Source: Candidatus Hermodarchaeota archaeon (GTDB lineage Archaea; Asgardarchaeota; Lokiarchaeia; Sigyniarchaeales; SOKP01). From it: a stretch of 56,732 nt of DNA. Below, in pieces: positions 1 through 8,703 of this stretch (positions are counted from its first letter, which is position 1; each line of letters begins with the position of its first letter). The notes beneath the pieces were generated by a model that was not told the DNA's origin, did no database searches, and saw nothing but the letters and a program-made list of their open reading frames with translations. The stretch lies in NCBI GenBank assembly GCA_048885525.1, contig JBHLLP010000022.1, positions 1-56,732 of the forward strand, written 5' to 3'. A program made the position numbers and the translations under genes.

Positions 1-150
1 GACACATTAACTGCAGTGGCAACTGTAAAAAACAAATATACCAAACAAGGAAAAAGTGGAGAATTAAAATTCCTTGATGTAGAAACCAAGGTCTATAATC
101 AAAATGATGAAGTACTTACTGATGGAATGGCTAAAGTATTAATAATGTAA
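1..150 (+). CDS. MaoC-family (R)-hydratase, 3' end only (runs in from window edge)
   Basis: Frame 1 reads DTLTAVATVKNKYTKQGKSGELKFLDVETKVYNQNDEVLTDGMAKVLIM*, clearly paralogous to the C-terminus of the next gene (DTLTAVATVKEKYTKK...NQNDEVVTSG). Confidence 0.85.
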   Translation, partial: DTLTAVATVKNKYTKQGKSGELKFLDVETKVYNQNDEVLTDGMAKVLIM

Positions 151-220
151 ATAAGAATTAATCAACGATTTTCAAGTTCTAAAAATAATATTTTTATCTA
201 TTTTTTCATTACTTTATTTT

Positions 221-658
221 ATGTCAGATTTAGAACCTGTCAAATGGGATGACTATGAAATTGGACAGTCTGCTTCATTCACTAAAACGATAACTGAACA
301 AGATGTTATGAAATTTGCTGAAGTGACTGGAGATTACAACCCAATACATGTTAATGCTGAATATGCTGCAACTCAAATGTTTGGTAAACAAGTGGCACAT
401 GGAGCTTTGAGTTCTGGATTAATATCAGCAGTATTAGGTACAAAATTATTTGGACCAGGTATTTTATATGGGGGGCAGACAGTCAGATTTGAAAAACCTG
501 TGTTTTTTGGTGATACATTAACAGCCGTTGCTACTGTGAAAGAAAAATATACTAAAAAAGAGGGTAAATTAAAATTCATTAAATGCGAGACTGTTGTAAA
601 AAACCAAAATGATGAAGTGGTAACTTCTGGTGAAGGAACTATACTAGTTTTAAAATAA
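221..658 (+). CDS. MaoC/PhaJ-family enoyl-CoA hydratase (hot-dog fold)
   Basis: Hydratase-2 motif FAEVTGDYNPIH...VAHG and RFEKPVFFGDTL. Confidence 0.92.
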   Translation: MSDLEPVKWDDYEIGQSASFTKTITEQDVMKFAEVTGDYNPIHVNAEYAATQMFGKQVAHGALSSGLISAVLGTKLFGPGILYGGQTVRFEKPVFFGDTLTAVATVKEKYTKKEGKLKFIKCETVVKNQNDEVVTSGEGTILVLK

Positions 659-701
659 TTTTTTTCTTCTTTTTTATTCTCAGAAAATTGTGCATAGTGT
701 A

Positions 702-936
702 TTAATCATAATCAAAATTATGACCACAATTAGGACAAAATTGAGTATCTGTTGAAGATGCTTTTAATCTACATTTTGGGCACATAATTCCATTTCTAGT
801 AATTTCTGATGTAGAAGGTTCCATTTTTTGTTGGATTTGTTTAGCTCCATATAATTAGACCCAATTTACCAAATATGCAAAATATCACTAATAAATATGT
901 CCGTGTAGTTGGTTTTTCTTCTTCGGATTCGCTCAT
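702..936 (-). pseudogene. Frameshifted small membrane protein with C-terminal zinc ribbon (or a separate 40-aa Zn-ribbon ORF 702..824)
   Basis: ATG at 936 gives MSESEEEKPTTRTYLLVIFCIFGKLGLIIWS*. The +1 frame continues YGAKQIQQKMEPSTSEITRNGIMCPKCRLKASSTDTQFCPNCGHNFDYD* with CxxC...CxxC. Not in the ORF track. Confidence 0.55.
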
Positions 937-1133
937 TTTATGGAATTTTATAATTTCTTTCAATTCTACAAAAATGTATATTTTTATATAAATCTTATAG
1001 ACAACATTATTCTCTCATATTTTATCTCATAATCTTAATTCTCTTTAATACATTTTTTCATTTTTTTTTAGATTTGGACACTATCTCAAATCTAACATTT
1101 CTTTTTTAAATCATAGATTATTATATCAAACTC

Positions 1134-1859
1134 ATGAAAAAGCAATATTTAGGTGAAACCATTGATCACCCACTTTTAGGAAAACTACTGCCTGTAGATT
1201 TTAGTCCCCTAAAGACGTGTTCATTTAATTGTTATTATTGTAGTTTAGGAAAAACTACCAAAATGACAATGGAAAGAGAGGAATTTTATCCTGTTCATGA
1301 TATCCTCCAAGAGATTGAATCATATTTACAACAAAATGATCCTCCTGATACATTCTTCCTTACTGGAAGTGGTGAACCTGCTCTATATTTAAAATTTGGA
1401 GAATTAGCTCGCAAAATCAAAGAAAAATATCCTTCCATTACTATAACAGCATATTCAAATGCTTCTTTATTAATGGATCCTGAAGTAAGAAATGATTTTT
1501 GTGAATGTGATATAATGCAATTCAATTTAAATGCTGTTAATGCTGAAGAATTTAGCCGAATCAATCAACACCATGGTCAGGTAAGAATTGATGATGTTCT
1601 TGAAGGATTGAGAAAATTTAAGGCTGAGTCTAATAAACCAATCTGGATTCATTCAATTTTTGGAGATAATTTCAATATATCTGAAAAAAATATTATTGGA
1701 TTGCGTAATTTTATTGCTGAATTAAATCCTGATAAATTTATAATTCGGAAGTTTGAAATAAAGAATGATGTGGAACCATTAAGGGATGAGACTATTAATT
1801 TCATTAAAACTCAAATGGACTCTTTAAATTGTGAATGTCATTATATGGGATTTGAATAA
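1134..1859 (+). CDS. Radical SAM protein (small Fe-S oxidoreductase type)
   Basis: CSFNCYYC (CxxxCxxC) and TGSGEP motif. Confidence 0.9.
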   Translation: MKKQYLGETIDHPLLGKLLPVDFSPLKTCSFNCYYCSLGKTTKMTMEREEFYPVHDILQEIESYLQQNDPPDTFFLTGSGEPALYLKFGELARKIKEKYPSITITAYSNASLLMDPEVRNDFCECDIMQFNLNAVNAEEFSRINQHHGQVRIDDVLEGLRKFKAESNKPIWIHSIFGDNFNISEKNIIGLRNFIAELNPDKFIIRKFEIKNDVEPLRDETINFIKTQMDSLNCECHYMGFE

Positions 1860-1955
1860 CAGAAATCCCTAAATCTCCTAACTTTATATTTATTAAGGCT
1901 TATGGAACTATCCAAGTTCCTTCATTTCATTGTTAGAAATGAATAATACAAGCAA

Positions 1956-3275
1956 TCATCCTTCCAAGCAAAATAAAACTGTCGGCACCAAACTCCCTTT
2001 AAGCGAAATTCTCTCGTTTTTTGCAAGGTTTACCAATTTAGATGCTAAAGTTTTAATCGATTGTTCAGCAGAATTTAGATTGAAAAGCTTTCGAAATTTA
2101 GAATTATCAGGATTTGATATAACTTTTTTTTGCCATTTTAAGCCTAATGTATTTGCCTGTAATTGTAACCCTGCCAATGCCATCCCAGCTTCAATCTCAC
2201 CCCAATATTTTAAATTCATAACTCGATGCATAATTCCAGCACATGGTTTCTTTCTATCAATACATAAGAGAATAGCATAATTAGAGATATTAATACCAAA
2301 TTCATTTTCAATTTCCGTTTTAAAATTTTCTGTATTAAAATGCTGAAGAAAATGATCGTACGTCGTTTTACCATTCACTTTTATCCATCTATTTAATACT
2401 GAATATCCAACAGGATTATATATATAAGACCCTTTTGGTAAGTTAGCAAGATCTTCAACAATAACTATTGGGTAAACAGCGTATCCTGCACATCCTGAAG
2501 CATGGACTCTCCCATAGCCGTTTTTCTCTAAATCATCCCTGTTTCCATGTGTTGCATGATCATTCTCACCTTGACATGCCCATAATAATTGGGAAATTTC
2601 TTGTAAAGTAGTATAGTTTGGAGCTTTCTTTTCTACTTGATTAAATATGGTCTTATCTAATGGTACACCTTCATACTGATTCTTATATATTGCACGGTCT
2701 ATATAGCATGCTGGAGTTTCAAGTATTATAGTACCATTTTCCTCTTTTATTTCAAGAGGTTCCAACGTATCTTCTAATAATGCTCCTCGATCTCTTTCTC
2801 GAACTGCTACCGTATAAAAAAGGATATAGTTTTGTTTGAGTTCCTTGTTGATGAGTTTATTATATTTTTTCGGAGCTCTTGCCCGTTGAGATACTCCAAG
2901 ACCAATACTTCCTACTTTTAATGAAAGATATTGCCAGATAAGTCCTACGTCAATTAAATCATTTAATGCAATTGGTTCTTTCCAGACCAATTCAGGATAA
3001 ACTTCCATGGAATATTGAGTTTTTCCTTTATCAGTAATTAACTTTAATTCATTTTCATTATATAAATATAATCCACCAGAATAATCCTCTCCGTCGGGTA
3101 ACACTAAAAATAATGACTTTGAAAGTGATGCTTGGTTGGTTGCTTTACAAATATCCAAGATCTCAGACATCGATAAAATTCTGCCCTCACCTGAACAGTC
3201 TTTACGTTGCGCTAAACATGTTTGTAAACTCATAATTATTTTCCCATTATTATTCATTTTATTGTAATTAGACAT
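1956..3275 (-). CDS. Two-domain SagB/ThcOx-like nitroreductase-fold protein
   Basis: C-terminal domain ISQLLWACQG...HASGCAGYAVY...GSYIYNP...EAGMALAGLQLQANTLGL. The N-terminal domain repeats the pattern (GGLYLY, DVGLIWQYLSLKVGSIGLG). Confidence 0.65.
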   Translation of the reverse strand: MSNYNKMNNNGKIIMSLQTCLAQRKDCSGEGRILSMSEILDICKATNQASLSKSLFLVLPDGEDYSGGLYLYNENELKLITDKGKTQYSMEVYPELVWKEPIALNDLIDVGLIWQYLSLKVGSIGLGVSQRARAPKKYNKLINKELKQNYILFYTVAVRERDRGALLEDTLEPLEIKEENGTIILETPACYIDRAIYKNQYEGVPLDKTIFNQVEKKAPNYTTLQEISQLLWACQGENDHATHGNRDDLEKNGYGRVHASGCAGYAVYPIVIVEDLANLPKGSYIYNPVGYSVLNRWIKVNGKTTYDHFLQHFNTENFKTEIENEFGINISNYAILLCIDRKKPCAGIMHRVMNLKYWGEIEAGMALAGLQLQANTLGLKWQKKVISNPDNSKFRKLFNLNSAEQSIKTLASKLVNLAKNERISLKGSLVPTVLFCLEG

Positions 3276-3407
3276 TTATCTCAAATTAAATTTATGATGA
3301 CTTAAATCTAGACTTAGTAAAAGAAACAAAAGAAGATATGCAAATAATAATGTATTTTAATTACTTACTTATTCGTATTTTTCTTCCATTATTTACCCAT
3401 TACCATA

Positions 3408-3423
3408 TGGGAAGTATTACCCA
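3408..3423. promoter_or_regulatory. Imperfect palindrome TGGGAAGTATTACCCA, candidate operator
   Basis: GC-rich palindrome in an AT-rich divergent intergenic region. The same arms occur in reverse orientation at 10661-10676. Confidence 0.5.
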
Positions 3424-3577
3424 CATACGATCTAACTTTTGAGGTAATCTTTAACCCTTTTTAGGAGTTGTTAATACAAGGTACACATTATAAAAAGAAA
3501 GATATATTATTTAATATTACATTTCAAAATCAAATTATAAAGTGTTTAGAAATCGTTCAAAACTATCAATATAATAA

Positions 3578-5173
3578 ATGAAGGATGAGAAAATAATGAC
3601 ATGGCTTAATATTGGTGAAATTGTAAATGTTAATGCTAATAAATATCCAAACCGACTAGCTTTGAAAGATATTAGAAGACAATTAACATTTAAAGAATTA
3701 AATGAAAGAACTAATAAACTTGCGAATGGAATTCTTAAAAGTGGTATAAAAAAAGGAGATAAGGTAGCTATTTTATCAAATAACTCAATAGAGTTTATGG
3801 AAATCTATGTTGCTGCAGCTAAAGGAGGTTTTATAGTTGTTCCTTTAAATTTCCGCTTACATCCAGATGATATCTCTTTCATTATTAATAATTCAGATGC
3901 AAAATGGTTATTTGTAGAATCTCGATTCCAAGAGGCTACAGAAAAAATCTGGAAACGAGCTAAAGAATTGGGTTTTGAGAATGTTCAACGTGTTTTGATA
4001 GCTGATCACTCAGCAGAAGGTTGGAAATTTTTTGAAGAGATAGTTAAAATGGGGGAAAATTCTTATCCTTCTATAAAAGTTAACCCCGAAGATACATGGG
4101 TTATTTTATATACATCAGGGACAACAGGAAAACCAAAGGGTGTCATTCGTTCCCATAGGTCTTATGTTGCCTTTTTCCTAATTAATGAAGCAGAATTTTC
4201 ATTCACTCCTCAAGATTATGGAATGATTCTGATGCCATTATCTCATGTAAATTCAACATTTTATTCATTTGTCTTTACTTACCTCGGAGCTCCTGTTTAT
4301 ATACATATAGAGTATAAATTTGATCCCGAGGAAGTTTTAAGAATTATCAATCAAGAAAAAATAACATTTACATCGATGATTCCTACTCACTATAATCTAA
4401 TATTGAGCCTTCCGGAGGATGTGAAACAGAAGTACGATCTTAGCTCTGTAACGGCTTTATTAACCTCTTCAGCTCCCGCTACTAAACAAATGAAGTTAGA
4501 TGTTATGAAGCTTTTTAATAAGACAAAACTTTTTGAAGCTTACGGATCTACAGAAGCTGGACTTGTAACACTTCTTAGACCTGAAGACCAGATGAATAAG
4601 TTAGGTTCTATAGGAAAAGAATGTATTGGAACAGATAGTTTAAAACTATTAGATGAAAATGGAAATCTAGTTCCTATAGGAGAAGTTGGAGAGCTTTATT
4701 CCCGTGGTCCACAAATGTTTGATGAATATTATAAGTTACCAGAAAAAACTAAGGAATCATTCAGAGGAGAATTTTTTAGCGCTGGTGATATGGCTAAAAA
4801 GGATGAAGATGGATTTTATACACTTGTAGATAGAAAGCAGAATATGATAATTACTGGAGGAGAACACGTCTATCCTTCTGAAGTTGAAAAGGTAATTGTT
4901 TCGCATCCTTCAGTCGTAGAGTGTGCAGTAATTGGATTACAAGACTACAAATGGGGTGAAAGTGTGACAGCAGTTTGTATTTTAAATAAAAAAGCTTCTT
5001 CTGATGAACTAACGAATGTAATGCGACAATATTGTGAAGATAAATTAGCTAAATTTAAGATTCCAAAACAATTTATATGTATCGATTCTGAAGAAATGCC
5101 TAGGACTGGTTCTGGAAAAGTAATTCATCGAAAATTAAGAGAACGATTTGATAAACAAATTAATAATGAATAA
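3578..5173 (+). CDS. AMP-forming acyl-CoA synthetase / CoA ligase
   Basis: YTSGTTGKPKG, YGSTE, GD...DRK and PRTGSGK adenylate-forming motifs. Confidence 0.95.
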   Translation: MKDEKIMTWLNIGEIVNVNANKYPNRLALKDIRRQLTFKELNERTNKLANGILKSGIKKGDKVAILSNNSIEFMEIYVAAAKGGFIVVPLNFRLHPDDISFIINNSDAKWLFVESRFQEATEKIWKRAKELGFENVQRVLIADHSAEGWKFFEEIVKMGENSYPSIKVNPEDTWVILYTSGTTGKPKGVIRSHRSYVAFFLINEAEFSFTPQDYGMILMPLSHVNSTFYSFVFTYLGAPVYIHIEYKFDPEEVLRIINQEKITFTSMIPTHYNLILSLPEDVKQKYDLSSVTALLTSSAPATKQMKLDVMKLFNKTKLFEAYGSTEAGLVTLLRPEDQMNKLGSIGKECIGTDSLKLLDENGNLVPIGEVGELYSRGPQMFDEYYKLPEKTKESFRGEFFSAGDMAKKDEDGFYTLVDRKQNMIITGGEHVYPSEVEKVIVSHPSVVECAVIGLQDYKWGESVTAVCILNKKASSDELTNVMRQYCEDKLAKFKIPKQFICIDSEEMPRTGSGKVIHRKLRERFDKQINNE

Positions 5174-5220
5174 GAAATTATTACAATAGCAATTTAATAA
5201 TAAATTAGGTTATTAAAAAA

Positions 5221-6429
5221 ATGTCTTTTAAAAAAGCTTATATACCTTATGGGCAGTATTGGAGTACACCTTTTTCAAGGTGGCAAATGAGTTTTCAAGA
5301 TCTCCATGCTATTAAATTTGCTGCAGACATTTCTAAGCGATTTTTAAATGAAAGGGGAATTTCTACGAAAGAATTTGATCAAGTCATATTTGGCTTAACA
5401 ATTCCACAACTTAATTGTTTTTATGGGGGCCCATGGCTAGCGAGTTTGATAGGGGCTGAACAAACTACAGGCCCAATGATTAGTCAAGCATGTGCTACTG
5501 GAACAAATTCAGTTTCAATTGCAGCACAAAATATCGAGACAGGGATTAATCATAATGTTCTAGTAGTGTGTGCAGATCGATGTTCCAATGGACCTCATCT
5601 TGTATATCCTAATCCTCAAGCACCTGGGAGTACATTAGATTCCGAAAATTGGGTATGGGATAATTTTGGATACGATCCTTTTGCTAAAAATGCGATGATT
5701 GAAACAGGGGAAAATGTTGCTAAAGAAGTAGGAATTACTAAAGATGAACAAGATAAAGTTACCCTGATGCGTTATAATCAATATCAAGATTCTTTAAAGA
5801 ATGATCGTTCTTTTCAGAAAAAGTATATGATAGAACCTATAGAGGTAAAAGATCGTTCTGGTCGAAAAGTATTAGTTACTGTTGAAGGAGACGAGGGGAT
5901 ATATCCGACTACGATGGAAGGGCTCTCTAAACTTCGACCTGTACTTCCAGAAGGTACAATAACTTATGGGACTCAAACACATCCGGCAGATGGAAATTGT
6001 GGTATTATTGTAACCACGAAAGAAAAAGCAGAAAAATTAAGGAAGAGAGACGATGTTGAGATTAAACTACATTCATATGGAGATCACAAAGCAAAAAAGG
6101 GATTTATGGCAATGGCAATAGTCCCTGCAGCAAAGAAAGCTTTAAAAAATGCGGGTATTTCCATAACAGATATTTCTGTAATTAAGACGCATAATCCCTT
6201 TGCTGTTAATGATATATATTTCTCGAGAGAGATGGATGTAGATTTGAAAAAGATGAATAATTATGGAAGCTCACTTATATTTGGACATCCTCAAGCACCT
6301 ACAATGTTGAGAATTATAATAGAAATGATAGAAGAGTTAGTGGAGAAAGGTGGAGGATATGGCCTAGCAGATGGTTGTGCTGCTGGTGATACTGGCGCCG
6401 CTCTGATTTTAGAAATAAAAGTAGATTGA
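5221..6429 (+). CDS. Thiolase-family protein
   Basis: QACATG nucleophile, ADG, HNPF, GHP and CAAG motifs. Confidence 0.9.
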   Translation: MSFKKAYIPYGQYWSTPFSRWQMSFQDLHAIKFAADISKRFLNERGISTKEFDQVIFGLTIPQLNCFYGGPWLASLIGAEQTTGPMISQACATGTNSVSIAAQNIETGINHNVLVVCADRCSNGPHLVYPNPQAPGSTLDSENWVWDNFGYDPFAKNAMIETGENVAKEVGITKDEQDKVTLMRYNQYQDSLKNDRSFQKKYMIEPIEVKDRSGRKVLVTVEGDEGIYPTTMEGLSKLRPVLPEGTITYGTQTHPADGNCGIIVTTKEKAEKLRKRDDVEIKLHSYGDHKAKKGFMAMAIVPAAKKALKNAGISITDISVIKTHNPFAVNDIYFSREMDVDLKKMNNYGSSLIFGHPQAPTMLRIIIEMIEELVEKGGGYGLADGCAAGDTGAALILEIKVD

Positions 6430-6487
6430 ATTTAACTTTTAAAAATATTTTTTGGCGTTAATTTAAATTATATTTTAGGTTTCTTAA

Positions 6488-7714
6488 ATGCATAGAAAGA
6501 AAATAGAGGCTACGAAACAATTAGGACAGGTAATGTCTGATTATTATCATGAGTTAGATGATGCTTCTAAAAGTGATAATAAGAAGGTTGCTTGGTGTTC
6601 AAGTGTTGGTCCAGCAGAAATATTAAGAAGCTTAGATTTTAAAGTTTATTTCCCAGAAAATCATAGTGCAATGTTGGGTTCCTCCAGAATGGCTACAGAT
6701 TTAATTCCTTATGCTAATGCTATAGGATATTCACCAGAAATTTGTTCTTACCTTACTGCTGACATAGGTGCATATTTAAAAAATGTAACTCCTCTGACAA
6801 AAGCTTATCCAGATATTAAAAGTGTTCCTAAACCAGATGTTCTTGTTTTTAACACTAACCAATGCAGAGAGGTCCAAGATTGGTTTGGCTGGTATGCAAA
6901 TGAATTTAACGTTCCTTTAGTTGGGATTTCAACCCCTAGGACAGTAGGTGAAGTTACTAATGATCATATTACTTTTATAGCACAGCAGATGGAAAGCCTT
7001 ATAGGATCATTAGAAAAAATTTCTACCATTGCGTTTGATATAAAAAAACTTAAAAAAGTATTATCATTTTCACGTAAATGCTCTGAACTATGGAAAAAAG
7101 TACTAAACACAGCAGCAAACAAACCTTCACCATTAACCTTTTTCGATGGAACTATTCATATGGGACCCGCTGTAGTTTTAAGAGGAACATCTCAAGCAGT
7201 AGAATATTACAAAAATTTATTAACAGAATTACAGGAAAGAATAGAAAAAAACATCGGAGCTGTGGAGGATGAGCGTTTTAGACTTTATTGGGAAGGAATG
7301 CCAATCTGGGGGCGACTTAAACACTATTCTGAATTATTTGCAGCCCTTAGAGTATGTGTAGTAGCCTCAACTTATTGTAATAGTTGGATTTTTTCAGCTT
7401 TTGATGAAAAAGATCCATTCAGAAGTATGGCAAAAGCATATACGGAGCTGTTTATTGTACGCTCAGATGAATTTAAAGAAAAATATCTTAATGAAATGGT
7501 AGAATTCTTTAAAATTGATGGTATTATATTTCATGATGCTAAAACTTGTCCACATAATACTAATAGCAGGTATGGAATGCCTCAAAGGCTCGAAAAGGAT
7601 GTAGGGATACCTAATTTAATTATAAATGGAGATTTAAACGATTTAAGATGTCTTTCTGATGAGCAATCAAGAACAAGTATAGAAGCTTTTATTGAACAAC
7701 TGGAAGAGAGTTAA
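6488..7714 (+). CDS. 2-hydroxyacyl-CoA dehydratase / class I benzoyl-CoA reductase family subunit (HGD-D)
   Basis: FPENH, ICSY, NQC, DGIIFH...C, GDLND and IEAFIE motifs. Confidence 0.88.
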   Translation: MHRKKIEATKQLGQVMSDYYHELDDASKSDNKKVAWCSSVGPAEILRSLDFKVYFPENHSAMLGSSRMATDLIPYANAIGYSPEICSYLTADIGAYLKNVTPLTKAYPDIKSVPKPDVLVFNTNQCREVQDWFGWYANEFNVPLVGISTPRTVGEVTNDHITFIAQQMESLIGSLEKISTIAFDIKKLKKVLSFSRKCSELWKKVLNTAANKPSPLTFFDGTIHMGPAVVLRGTSQAVEYYKNLLTELQERIEKNIGAVEDERFRLYWEGMPIWGRLKHYSELFAALRVCVVASTYCNSWIFSAFDEKDPFRSMAKAYTELFIVRSDEFKEKYLNEMVEFFKIDGIIFHDAKTCPHNTNSRYGMPQRLEKDVGIPNLIINGDLNDLRCLSDEQSRTSIEAFIEQLEES

Positions 7715-7795
7715 GACAAATTAAGTTCAAGAAAAGATATAACATTTTTAAGTAATTATGAATAAAAAAATTTGAAAGTAAGAGCGAGATAAAAA

Positions 7796-8266
7796 ATGGT
7801 TAATAAGATAAAAGCTATTGAAATAAAGAATTATATTGGGAAAGAATTTAGCACAAGATGGTACCAAGTTACCCAAGAAGCTATAAATAAATTTGCAGAT
7901 CTTACACGCGATCATCAGTATATACATATCAATCCTGAACTAGCAAAAAAATCTATTTATGGGGAAACCGTCGCTCATGGTTTTTTTGTTTTATCTATGC
8001 TTGGTTTCTTTACGTTACAAGATGGAGAGAGAGATTCAATGCAGTTTTATGTAACAGATGCTAAATCAATTGTAAATTATGGATTTGATAAAATTAGATT
8101 TATTTCCGCTGTTCCTGTTGGTGCTTTTATTCGAGACGTAACCTATATTTCAAAAGTTGAGTTAGTTAAGCGAGGTATGAAATTTACTTCACATCATACT
8201 ATTGAAATCAAAGGTCAAGAAAAACCTGCTCTTATAGCAGATTGGATAAATCTACTAATTTTATAA
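7796..8266 (+). CDS. MaoC/NodN-like dehydratase
   Basis: FADLTRDHQYIH...AHG, NYGFDKIRF and KPA motifs. Confidence 0.9.
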   Translation: MVNKIKAIEIKNYIGKEFSTRWYQVTQEAINKFADLTRDHQYIHINPELAKKSIYGETVAHGFFVLSMLGFFTLQDGERDSMQFYVTDAKSIVNYGFDKIRFISAVPVGAFIRDVTYISKVELVKRGMKFTSHHTIEIKGQEKPALIADWINLLIL

Positions 8267-8274
8267 AATTTGAG

Positions 8275-8556
8275 TTATCCCCCAACTAAAGGAGGGGATA
8301 TAACTATTTGATCTCCATCTTTTAATTTAGTATTTAACTCATCTAAAAATAGATAATTCCTCCCATTTACCAAAATTACAACATGGCTCTCTAATTTTCC
8401 TTTTTTGTTTATAAATGATTTACGTATTTTGTTTCCATGCTCACTCATGAACTTATTGATGACATCAGCTAGTATTTCCACATTCGAATAATCGATCTGG
8501 CTTAATCCAACATCAGTTGAAAATGTTGCCATCAATTTCAGTATGATGTTTGCCAT
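8275..8556 (-). CDS. MoaD/ThiS/SAMP ubiquitin-like sulfur carrier
   Basis: Beta-grasp signature VILVNG...LKDGDQI and a C-terminal PPLVGG di-glycine. Confidence 0.9.
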   Translation of the reverse strand: MANIILKLMATFSTDVGLSQIDYSNVEILADVINKFMSEHGNKIRKSFINKKGKLESHVVILVNGRNYLFLDELNTKLKDGDQIVISPPLVGG

Positions 8557-8703
8557 TAAATCTCTAATATTTTGATTTTGTTAAAAATTTTATCTATTAG
8601 AATTATAAAGGTTAATAGCAAGGTTAAAAAAATTTTATTCTATTCTAAAAACAATAGATATGTTAGTTTATTTATAAACAGCTTTTAAAATCATTTGACG
8701 TGA

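Noticed and set aside
1134-3275. Radical SAM plus SagB-like genes as a RiPP cluster
   Set aside because: The genes are convergent, with no YcaO, peptidase, exporter or credible precursor peptide.
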